From positions 1-16,939 of the forward strand of contig CAZUFC010000162.1 of assembly GCA_964619725.1 (NCBI GenBank): 16,939 bases of DNA. Direction: 5' to 3'. Each line of letters begins with the position of its first letter. Position 1 is the first letter of the stretch. This DNA is from an uncultured bacterium. GTDB taxonomy: Bacteria > CSSED10-310 > CAZUFC01. Below the pieces are notes generated by a model. That model was not told where the DNA came from. It searched no databases and was given only the letters and a program-made list of their open reading frames with translations. A program made the position numbers and the translations under genes. This document shows, piece by piece, positions 16,881 to 16,939 of the stretch.

Positions 16881-16901
16881 TAAATTCTGAACTCCTGACA
16901 A
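16881..16901 (-). repeat. Right copy of 21-bp inverted repeat (TAAATTCTGAACTCCTGACAA)
   Basis: 20/21 inverted match to 341-361. Overlaps the palindrome CTGACA-agaa-TGTCAG (16895-16910). Confidence 0.85.
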
Positions 16902-16939
16902 GAATGTCAGAACCTATTGAAAAAGTGTGATTTTCTTGA

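Noticed and set aside
331-16911. Target-site duplication or an identifiable IS/transposon
   Set aside because: Flanks (…CAGGCACA and GAATGTCAG…) share no direct repeat at the boundaries I tried, and there is no transposase, so no mobile_element feature was called.

Overview
The window holds one self-contained, minus-strand, four-gene operon-like locus between non-coding, repeat-rich flanks. In transcription order: (1) a DrmD-like SNF2 helicase (1097 aa); (2) a 1699-aa Eco57I/type IIG-like N6-adenine methyltransferase (DrmMI-like) with an AT-rich target-recognition segment and a tandem TDLFGN tail; (3) a ~1806-aa YprA/MrfA-family DEAH helicase with Zn ribbons, DUF1998 and a C-terminal Vsr/DUF559-like nuclease; (4) an AT-rich membrane protein with beta-helix repeats and a channel-like C-terminus. 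This looks like a DISARM-related but non-canonical anti-phage system: there are no separate drmA/drmB genes and no drmC PLD nuclease. The whole ~16.5 kb block is bracketed by a 21-bp inverted repeat (20/21 identical; 341-361 and 16881-16901). The last gene's stop codon lies inside that repeat, and no transposase or integrase is in the window. All family calls come from motifs read by eye, not from database searches.
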